Shown piece by piece: positions 16,785 to 23,968 of a DNA stretch of 64,000 bases (positions are counted from its first letter, which is position 1; the number at the start of each line of letters is the position of its first letter). The stretch is from Bacteroidota bacterium (GTDB lineage: Bacteria; Bacteroidota; Bacteroidia; Bacteroidales; FEN-979). The notes under the pieces are model-generated. The model ran no database searches, had not been told where the DNA came from, and saw only the letters and a list, made by a program, of their open reading frames with translations. Position numbers and translations under genes: made by a program. Location: the NCBI GenBank assembly GCA_037139855.1, contig JBAXFM010000001.1, positions 2,503 through 66,502 of the forward strand. The letters are read 5' to 3'.

Positions 16785-17103
16785 TGCTCGCAGCGGCTCG
16801 CCTTGAGGGCGGCTTTCTTTTTTGAAATCACCGCAAAGAAAGAAAGCCGGCAAAGAAAAACACGGTGGCCAGCGCACTACTTATTACTCAAATTTAGTGC
16901 AAAGTTAACCTCACGAAAATATCATCTCTCTAAACGCGGTCTCCTGACGGATCCACCGCCCGTTGGGTTCATTCATATCCTGCGGATACTGACCTGAACA
17001 TTTGTTCCAGAATTTTCATTCCGGTTATGGCAGTGGCATAAATTTTTCATTCATCAGGCGGAGCCAGATGCCTAAATAAGTCCCCAGGGCAGGGGCACAC
17101 ACA
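16785..17103 (+). promoter_or_regulatory. Structured leader element L2 upstream of the 136-aa ORF (paralog of L1)
   Basis: Hairpin GGCTTTCTTTTTTG(16811..16824)/CAAAGAAAGAAAGCC(16834..16848). Core GGCCAGCGCACTACTTATTACTC (16867..16889), 22/23 identical to L1. Hairpin GCGGT..ACCGC (16936..16959). Hairpin TATCC-tgc-GGATA (16976..16988). Confidence 0.6.
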
Positions 17104-17514
17104 ATGACAAAAGTAAGTTCAGCAGTTCAGAAACCCACCAACGGCGGGGCAAGTGCATCAGAAAAGACCGGTCTAACAGTGATCAGGCCGGTTCAGTCTC
17201 CCAACTTCACGATTCCGGAAGAGAAAAACCCGGTACCGGAAGTCAAAAAGGAGTTAACCCTCACCGAAAAAATTCAAAAGGTCGAAAACCTGCAGCTCAT
17301 CGTCGAGAAAAGGACGAAACTGGTGCAAACACGAAGCGAAATTGAAAGGTTTCAAACCGCTTCCAATGATTTCAACTGCAGCCTGCGGCTGAATGATTCA
17401 GACGGAAATGTCTTCACCACCAGTTTCACCCCTGGAATCAAGAAGGTAATTGAGTTCCTTAAGTCAGCTTTCGATGCAAGCATCAGCGAAGTTGAACAGA
17501 AAATCAACTTCTAA
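17104..17514 (+). CDS. hypothetical protein (136 aa)
   Basis: Disordered-looking N-terminus followed by a coiled-coil-like segment. Bounded by leader L2 and its own terminator. Confidence 0.6.
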   Translation: MTKVSSAVQKPTNGGASASEKTGLTVIRPVQSPNFTIPEEKNPVPEVKKELTLTEKIQKVENLQLIVEKRTKLVQTRSEIERFQTASNDFNCSLRLNDSDGNVFTTSFTPGIKKVIEFLKSAFDASISEVEQKINF

Positions 17515-17525
17515 GCTTCTTAAAG

Positions 17526-17556
17526 GGAGTCCCGGGAAACCGGGACTCCTTTTTTT
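17526..17556 (+). terminator. Rho-independent terminator
   Basis: GGAGTCCCGG-gaaa-CCGGGACTCC perfect 10-bp stem followed by TTTTTTT. Confidence 0.8.
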
Positions 17557-17621
17557 CTGCTCGTATCCCCACCGGTGGGTGTGTCCTTTAAAAAAACCTG
17601 CTCAAAAGATATGTTTGCTCC

Positions 17622-17912
17622 ATGATCACCGAGGAGACCATAGATCTGTACGAAGCCATCCGGGAAATGAGGAAATTGTCACAGCAGGACAAGTCCTTTT
17701 CTTTCGTTCATGCCACGCTGAACCGGGATAAGGATACCAGCGAAGGAATCCGGTACGTGAAAAGTGCACACCTCAGGCCTGCGGCCAAAGGGGATGATCT
17801 GGTAAACGCGGATGACAAGATTTTCTATTTCGATGAAGAGATTGAGAAACCAAGGGTTTGCTGGCAATTGCTGATCATGTATTTCGATGATAAACGGGTA
17901 ATTCTTAATTGA
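17622..17912 (+). CDS. hypothetical protein (96 aa)
   Basis: Clean ATG. Ends 6 nt before the next gene. No recognisable motif. Confidence 0.55.
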   Translation: MITEETIDLYEAIREMRKLSQQDKSFSFVHATLNRDKDTSEGIRYVKSAHLRPAAKGDDLVNADDKIFYFDEEIEKPRVCWQLLIMYFDDKRVILN

Positions 17913-17918
17913 TGCTGC

Positions 17919-19334
17919 ATGACTGAGGTAAAAAAATCGGACGTACAACTCGTCCGGGAAGGAAATAAAGCTTTCGGGATTACCCCGGTAGGCGTTTATG
18001 CGTTCGACGTGGCCGGATCCTTCAAGATGGCAAGCCCTTCGGTACTGCCATTCTATACGAATGTCAGGCAATTGATCCCTGTCAAAATCGGTGAGTTCTC
18101 AATCGTGGCCAATGGACAGGAAAACAACTACCCCGACGAACTGCGAATCATCCTGGATGAGAACAACCTCACTCCGGAGATCCTGAACAAACAGGCTCAG
18201 TTGCTCTATGGCCAGGGACCGGCGCTGTATAAACTGAATTTCGAGAATGGGCGCCGGGTGAAGTACTGGCTCACCGATCCTGAAGTTCAGGCATGGCTCG
18301 ATTCGTGGGATTACGAAGATTACCTGCTGAAGTGTTGCATCGAGTTTCGGACCATGAACGGGCATTTTTCCAAGTTCTACCGCAACAAAGGCTTCCGGAT
18401 CGGTGAAAAACCACAAATCGCGAAGCTCGAGCATGTTTCTTCCATGTTTGCCCGCCTGGAATGGCCGGATGACAATAACCAGATCAATAACATCATCGTT
18501 GGCAATTTTCGCCAGCCATGGCAACTCGGATTGAGGAAATACCCGGTTCTGGACCCATCGCGGCCTTTTGCCAACCCGGTATCGATGCGCTATTCAAATC
18601 TGTACTCATTTGCCCTGGACAATGAGTACTCCCGTTCCCCGATACACGGATCATTGAACTGGATCAAACTTTCGTCATCCATTCCGAAGCTTCTGTCGAG
18701 TTTTAACGACAATTCTATGGCCATCAAGTACCATATTGAAGTGCCGGCGATATACTGGGAAAAGTTAAGGGAACAGATGATCCTGCAATCGGAGGAGTCG
18801 AATGGGATATTCACTGAAAAGTTGTTCAAAAAGGCCCAGGATGATGTGATGGAAAGCTTTTCCATTGCCCTGGCCGGTAATGACAAGGTGGGGAAGTTTG
18901 TCAGCACTACCACGGTTTTTGACGAATTGGGTAACCAATATGTCGGATGGAAGATCACCCCGCTGGATCAGAAGGTAAAAGATTTCATCGATGCTCAGAT
19001 TAACATTGCCAACGAGGCATTGTTCCAGACTACCTCAGGGCTTGGGGTACACCCGGCCCTGAGCAACCTGAGCAAGGATGGAAACCTGCCCAGCGGTTCC
19101 GAGCAGCTTTACGCGTTCAAACTTTACCTGGCCACCGGGGTGGATATCCCTGAAGGCATCGTGATGAAAGACATCAACATCGCGATCAATGCCAACTTCC
19201 CCGGGCGTGGTCTTCGCCTGGGCTTCTACCATGATGTTTTGCTTACCGAATCGCAAACCAGTCCTGCAGACCGGATCAAGAACCAGGATTCAGGAACCCA
19301 GACAGGAGACAAAAAAACAACTCAAAACCCGTAA
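17919..19334 (+). CDS. putative portal protein (471 aa)
   Basis: The size and its position as the first large morphogenesis gene after terminase suggest a portal. No motif-level support is visible. Confidence 0.4.
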   Translation: MTEVKKSDVQLVREGNKAFGITPVGVYAFDVAGSFKMASPSVLPFYTNVRQLIPVKIGEFSIVANGQENNYPDELRIILDENNLTPEILNKQAQLLYGQGPALYKLNFENGRRVKYWLTDPEVQAWLDSWDYEDYLLKCCIEFRTMNGHFSKFYRNKGFRIGEKPQIAKLEHVSSMFARLEWPDDNNQINNIIVGNFRQPWQLGLRKYPVLDPSRPFANPVSMRYSNLYSFALDNEYSRSPIHGSLNWIKLSSSIPKLLSSFNDNSMAIKYHIEVPAIYWEKLREQMILQSEESNGIFTEKLFKKAQDDVMESFSIALAGNDKVGKFVSTTTVFDELGNQYVGWKITPLDQKVKDFIDAQINIANEALFQTTSGLGVHPALSNLSKDGNLPSGSEQLYAFKLYLATGVDIPEGIVMKDINIAINANFPGRGLRLGFYHDVLLTESQTSPADRIKNQDSGTQTGDKKTTQNP

Positions 19335-19336
19335 CC

Positions 19337-20359
19337 ATGATCTTAAACAGAAGCGGTGCCGGTGCCACGGAACTGAAAGAACTGATCGGTTTCATTTACA
19401 AATCGATCACCTTCAGCAATCTAAAATCTTACGTAAGCTTCGCCGAGCGTGATATCAAAAAGGTAATAGGACCCGAGGTGTTCAAGGCTGCCGAAGATCA
19501 TTACATGTCGGCGTTTTATCACCTGGCCACGCCTGATGAAGATCATCCCGAGTATCTGCTCCTGGAAGAACTGATCGAAAAGATTCAACTGCCGGTGGCC
19601 ATTCACGCCTACCGGCGTTATGTGCCCAGTTCCGATCTTACACACAGCGATAAAGGGCGGCAAATATTCGTTTCGGAACAGGAGAAACCGGCTTTCGAGT
19701 GGCAGATTGAAAAGGACAATGAAAACCTGATCTCCCTGGAGCATGAGGCAATCGATGTTCTGCTTGAATTCCTGGATGAACATATCGACGAGAAGGATCT
19801 GGATTTGAATGTTATCATTCCCTGGGGAACTTCTGCCGCGTACAAAGCCACCAAAGAACTGCTGATCCCCACGGTGAAAGAGTTTGAAAACGTGTTTCTC
19901 ATCGGAGGCAGCCGGATGACATTCCTTTCACTGGTCCCGATGATCAAACGAATTCAGGAAAACGATATCAAGGCATGCCTGGGTGAAACCAAGTACACAC
20001 AGATCACAGAACAAGTCCTGGATAATGACCTTACGCCGGAGAACATTATTATTTTGGACAAAATCCGTCCACCCCTGGCGCTGATGGCGCTCAGTGTTGC
20101 CGTGAAAAGACTTTCATCGGAAGTTCTGCCGGCAGGCATTTTCACCAACATCACGGCCAATGTTGTCAAGGGCAAAACCCCGGCATCCAAGCAGGAACGC
20201 AACGAAATAGCATCGTCACTGGAAAAGGACGGCATGCGCGAGCTGGTCAAGCTGCAGGAGTATATCCGCAAACTTGACACAGCAGCTGCAGGGGAAATAT
20301 TTACGCCCAATGATCCGACAGACATCATTGATCCACTGTTAAAATTCGTCAGACTGTAA
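19337..20359 (+). CDS. hypothetical protein (340 aa), morphogenesis block
   Basis: Starts 2 nt after the upstream stop. No recognisable motif. Confidence 0.65.
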   Translation: MILNRSGAGATELKELIGFIYKSITFSNLKSYVSFAERDIKKVIGPEVFKAAEDHYMSAFYHLATPDEDHPEYLLLEELIEKIQLPVAIHAYRRYVPSSDLTHSDKGRQIFVSEQEKPAFEWQIEKDNENLISLEHEAIDVLLEFLDEHIDEKDLDLNVIIPWGTSAAYKATKELLIPTVKEFENVFLIGGSRMTFLSLVPMIKRIQENDIKACLGETKYTQITEQVLDNDLTPENIIILDKIRPPLALMALSVAVKRLSSEVLPAGIFTNITANVVKGKTPASKQERNEIASSLEKDGMRELVKLQEYIRKLDTAAAGEIFTPNDPTDIIDPLLKFVRL

Positions 20360-21282
20360 TGCACAAAATCGAGATACCCGAGCGTCACCTGGTTAAGGAA
20401 TTTCCTTCCAGCATCCATGAAATGAACCAGGATCAATTTGTTTATTTCATTGACCTGATCCTGCAATATCTCTCCGGGAAGTTCGATATCGCCGATTTCA
20501 AATCGAAATTGATCCTGAAATTACTGGATGTTAAGTTTGATATGGGATGGCAGCTGATGACAAAGGATGACAGGGAAAATGCCTACGGTGAAATATTCCG
20601 CATCAGCGAGCTTTGCGATTCTTTCTTTGAAGAAATTGACAGAGACGGACAGAAGGTAAAGACCTTTAAATTGAGTTTCCGCAAAAACTTCATTCCCCGG
20701 ATCTGCGGCAAGTACCACGGTCCGAAGGATGCGCTTCAGGATGCGACCTTTGCCGAATACCGCATCGCGCACAGCTATTATGCTGCCTACATTGATTCGC
20801 ACAGCGAAACCGACCTGAATCACCTGGTGGCGGTTCTGTACCGGCCTGCCAAAAGCTTTCTTTGGCTCAGACGCATGTTGCCATCGTACGACGGACAGCC
20901 CCGGATACCATTTACGGCAAAATCAAATCCGGCGTTCCTCGAGGCCCGCGTGAAGGAAATAGCGAAGCTCCCAATCGCGGTGCGTTATGGTATCTTTCTA
21001 TTCTTCTCCGGATGTGAAGAATACCTGGCTAAAGGGACCGTCAATGTTGATGGAAAGGATATTGATCTTTCGGTTATTTATGAAAAATCGGGTGAATCTG
21101 ATGACTCTCCGGATATCGGGCTGATCGGGATCCTTTATAGTCTGGCAGAAACAAAAGTGTTCGGGTCCATCGAGGAAACCGACGGGCAAAATCTTTACGA
21201 CATCATGATCCGCCTGTACCAGGTGGTGAAACAAGCAAAAGCAATGGAGGCTAAATACAAGGACAATGGTATCGGTGATTAA
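20359..21282 (+). CDS. hypothetical protein (307 aa), morphogenesis block
   Basis: TAATG overlap with the upstream gene. Confidence 0.65.
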   Translation: MHKIEIPERHLVKEFPSSIHEMNQDQFVYFIDLILQYLSGKFDIADFKSKLILKLLDVKFDMGWQLMTKDDRENAYGEIFRISELCDSFFEEIDRDGQKVKTFKLSFRKNFIPRICGKYHGPKDALQDATFAEYRIAHSYYAAYIDSHSETDLNHLVAVLYRPAKSFLWLRRMLPSYDGQPRIPFTAKSNPAFLEARVKEIAKLPIAVRYGIFLFFSGCEEYLAKGTVNVDGKDIDLSVIYEKSGESDDSPDIGLIGILYSLAETKVFGSIEETDGQNLYDIMIRLYQVVKQAKAMEAKYKDNGIGD

Positions 21283-21751
21283 ATACAAGTCATTCTGGGA
21301 ATACATCGCAAGAGCGTTTCCTGCCATCACAAAGACCCTGATCATTCATGAGGAGTCTGACCTTCCTGGCATTGTGCGTGACATGGATAATGGCGCGACA
21401 CTCCTGTTTGCGATCATCCCGTCAACGGATATGGAAGCGACCAGTGTGGACGATTTTGAAGAGATTGACTCATGCTTTGCCTGCCTGATCAAGAAAAGCG
21501 ATCCGGGAAATCTATCTGCTGATGAATTCCTCATTGAGATGGCGGGTACACAATACCTCATGTCGGCCATCAAAGACAAAATGATCGCACTGGCCGGGGA
21601 CAATGATCATGACATTGACGGCGGACAATACAGCCACCTGATGCACCGGCTCATCATCAACGGAATGCACACAGATCCGGAGTACAACCTGCTTGGATGC
21701 AACGGATGGTCACTTTCATTTAAACTCAAAACAACAGGAACAATCCAATAA
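21266..21751 (+). CDS. hypothetical protein (161 aa)
   Basis: 17-nt overlap with the upstream gene. Ends at the holin start. Confidence 0.6.
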   Translation: MVSVIKYKSFWEYIARAFPAITKTLIIHEESDLPGIVRDMDNGATLLFAIIPSTDMEATSVDDFEEIDSCFACLIKKSDPGNLSADEFLIEMAGTQYLMSAIKDKMIALAGDNDHDIDGGQYSHLMHRLIINGMHTDPEYNLLGCNGWSLSFKLKTTGTIQ

Positions 21752-22305
21752 TGGCCACTACACTTAAATATCCGTCACCCATGATCCCCGAAAACATCTG
21801 TGCGGTAACGTTCAATTCGCTGCTGACAAAGGTGGCCATTCTGTTCATATCCTATTTCGCTCCCATCTCCGAGATGATCCATGTCATGTTGATTTTCCTG
21901 CTTTTTGATACGGTTTCGGGAATATGGGCATCGATAAAGGAAGGCAACGCGATTGAGAGCCATAAGCTGCGCAAAACAGTGCTGAAATTTCTTTGGTACA
22001 CAGTGGCCGTGATGGCGGCCTGGATGATGGAACATACCTTCGATCTGACCTGGGTGAGACTGGCAAGTCTTACAGCAGGGTTTATCTGCTTTGTCGAGCT
22101 TAAAAGTATGTTTGAAAACATTACCAGGATCACCAACGAGCCGATTTTTAAACGCATCCTGAAGCTTCTGAAACGGAAAAGTACAGAAACCATCTCGGAG
22201 ATCACGGATGATCCGGAGGATGACTATACACGCAGATACGAGAAAAGTACCAAAACAGAGGTAGAATATACGGTAAAGCATCAGAAAAGCGAGAAAAATG
22301 GATAA
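21751..22305 (+). CDS. holin (phage_holin_4_1-like)
   Basis: 184 aa with three hydrophobic helices. LLFDTVSGIWASIKEG..SHKLRKT and FVELKSMFENITRI resemble the D..TG...A......S.K / E..S..EN holin signature. 8-nt overlap with the endolysin gene. Confidence 0.7.
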   Translation: MATTLKYPSPMIPENICAVTFNSLLTKVAILFISYFAPISEMIHVMLIFLLFDTVSGIWASIKEGNAIESHKLRKTVLKFLWYTVAVMAAWMMEHTFDLTWVRLASLTAGFICFVELKSMFENITRITNEPIFKRILKLLKRKSTETISEITDDPEDDYTRRYEKSTKTEVEYTVKHQKSEKNG

Positions 22306-22798
22306 AATCACACGCGTATCAAAGAACTGCCTGGCCATGATCGAAGAGTTCGAATGTGGCGGCAATTTCCGCAATTTCATGAAGGCGTATAAATGCCCGG
22401 CAGGGAAATGGACCATTGGCATGGGAACTACGCGGTATCCTGATGGCCGCAGGGTCATGCCCGGTGATGTGATCACTGAACAACAGGTTTACGAATACCT
22501 TACCTCCGATATCGCATTGGCCGAAAGCGCGGTTGCATCGGCTGTGACGGTGTATATCGGCCAGCAAAGATTTGATGCACTGGTCGATTTCGTGTACAAC
22601 CTGGGAATTCTGGCATTTAAAAATTCCAACTTGCTCAAAGTGATCAATAAAGATCCCGGCGATCCTGCCATCGAAAACCAGTTTTACCGCTGGATTCTGG
22701 CCGGTGGCAAACCACATGCCGGCCTGATCAGGCGCCGCCGGTCGGAAGCCTGGCTCTATTTTAATGGAAGTCTCAAATTCAAATTCGACAAATCATGA
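22298..22798 (+). CDS. GH24-type lysozyme (endolysin)
   Basis: MIEEFECGG (catalytic Glu), KCPAGKWTIGMGTT, RFDALVDFVYNLG and GLIRRRRSEAWLY form the canonical lambda/T4-type lysozyme motif series. Confidence 0.9.
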   Translation: MDKITRVSKNCLAMIEEFECGGNFRNFMKAYKCPAGKWTIGMGTTRYPDGRRVMPGDVITEQQVYEYLTSDIALAESAVASAVTVYIGQQRFDALVDFVYNLGILAFKNSNLLKVINKDPGDPAIENQFYRWILAGGKPHAGLIRRRRSEAWLYFNGSLKFKFDKS

Positions 22799-23307
22799 AA
22801 TCAAAACATCCCCAGGACTGGCAGATAATTCTGTTCGGAGCCATCATGTTTTTTCTGTGCCTGCAGTCATGCACCACGACAAAGAATGTTCAAAAGAGCG
22901 AGGTGAAAACTGAATCCGAGTCGAAATCAACGGAAGAAGCAAAATCCACAGCACAAATTGAGACGAATACTCAAACCAAGGCTGAAACGGTCACCAACGA
23001 GCAATGTGACACGAATATCTGGGTAATGGTTCCGGTGAGTGCTACCAAAAAGGACACGATCATCAAGGTTCAAATCCCGGTAAAATTTCAGCGTATCATC
23101 AAACGCATTGAGGCCAGTGACCAGAACAAGAAGGAACAAAACAGCGCACAGGTAAATAAAAATGATCAATTACACCAGAAATCGTATGAACAGCGCATGG
23201 ATAAGACCGTCGAACGAACGGGACTTCCCTGGTGGGCCATTGCCATACTAACGATCTTCATACTTATTGGCGTGGCTGTGCTCCTTTGGCGATTAAAAGT
23301 ATTCTAA
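22795..23307 (+). CDS. u-spanin-like protein (lipoprotein signal plus C-terminal TM anchor)
   Basis: 170 aa. Lipobox in MFFLCLQSC/TTTK. C-terminal TM helix WWAIAILTIFILIGVAVLLW. ATGA overlap with the endolysin stop. Same architecture as unimolecular spanins (T1 gp11 type). Confidence 0.55.
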   Translation: MKSKHPQDWQIILFGAIMFFLCLQSCTTTKNVQKSEVKTESESKSTEEAKSTAQIETNTQTKAETVTNEQCDTNIWVMVPVSATKKDTIIKVQIPVKFQRIIKRIEASDQNKKEQNSAQVNKNDQLHQKSYEQRMDKTVERTGLPWWAIAILTIFILIGVAVLLWRLKVF

Positions 23308-23356
23308 TTACGCCCGGGATGTCAACCGGGCTGAAATTCATAAAGGAGTTAAAAGG

Positions 23357-23395
23357 ATCCCCTGAACCACGAAAAAAAGTTCAGGGGATTTTTTA
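23357..23395 (+). terminator. Rho-independent terminator after the lysis cassette
   Basis: ATCCCCTGAAC-cacgaaaaaaa-GTTCAGGGGAT perfect 11-bp stem followed by TTTTTTATT. Confidence 0.8.
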
Positions 23396-23447
23396 TTGTC
23401 CTTTACCCTCGCAGCTGTCGGATGTATCATTGCTCAAACAATTTGTA

Positions 23448-23966
23448 ATGAGCTTTTGGAAGAAGGTGATTGACAGCCGTCAAAACGGCAGGATCGGCAA
23501 AGGTTCCTGGGAAGGTCCTTTTGACATCGGCATTGTAGAGACAGGACAGACACAGCGCCACCAGCGTTCTTTCAATACTGAAGAAATGGAGGCATTCAAT
23601 GAGAAATTAAAGGGATGGGGCGCAAAAGTAAACGCCGCCCTTCCGCCATCCATCAGATCCCTGGGCATCGGAGGCAAGCGCCTTGCTTCCAGTATCCGCA
23701 ACACCTACTATTATGAATACGGTGAAATTTACCGTCTCGGGTTTTCCTTCGCACGCGAGGGCATATTCGTGCACAAGGGCGTTGGCCGCGGATACGTGAT
23801 GGCCAATGGTACGGTTGTGAAAATATCAAAAACCCTGGGATTTAACCGCAAACCAAAACCATGGTTTAACCCCGTAATCGAGTCGTTCATCCCGGAACTC
23901 GAAGAAATCATTATGGAATACAGCAATACTGCAATCATCAATTCAACACGAATTTATATCCGATAA
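23448..23966 (+). CDS. hypothetical protein (172 aa from ATG 23448), possible tail-assembly function by position
   Basis: The track ORF opens at 23232 but that start spans the terminator. ATG 23448 (MSFWKKVIDSRQ...) is the first start downstream of it. Ends 2 nt before the tape-measure gene. Confidence 0.55.
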   Translation: MSFWKKVIDSRQNGRIGKGSWEGPFDIGIVETGQTQRHQRSFNTEEMEAFNEKLKGWGAKVNAALPPSIRSLGIGGKRLASSIRNTYYYEYGEIYRLGFSFAREGIFVHKGVGRGYVMANGTVVKISKTLGFNRKPKPWFNPVIESFIPELEEIIMEYSNTAIINSTRIYIR

Positions 23967-23968
23967 CC

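Noticed and set aside
16803-16997. A 64-aa TTG-initiated ORF inside leader L2, and the 63-aa minus-strand ORF 15575..15766
   Set aside because: The paralogous leader L1 has no equivalent open frame although the nucleotide architecture is conserved. That means the conservation is at the RNA/DNA-structure level, not the protein level. The minus-strand ORF spans GC-rich hairpins after terL.
17450-17731. A 93-aa + strand ORF bridging the 136-aa and 96-aa genes
   Set aside because: It reads straight through the strong terminator at 17526..17556 and overlaps both better-supported genes out of frame.
21775-22476. A 233-aa minus-strand ORF across the holin/endolysin genes (twin at 60522..61223)
   Set aside because: It is codon-aligned antisense to the holin frame. 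The sense genes have strong motif support (holin signature, GH24 motifs).
23057-23075. A tRNA-like T-arm string GGTTCAAATCC
   Set aside because: It lies inside the u-spanin-like CDS. The flanking bases cannot form a 5-bp T-stem and no acceptor or anticodon arms are evident. I found no tRNA elsewhere either.
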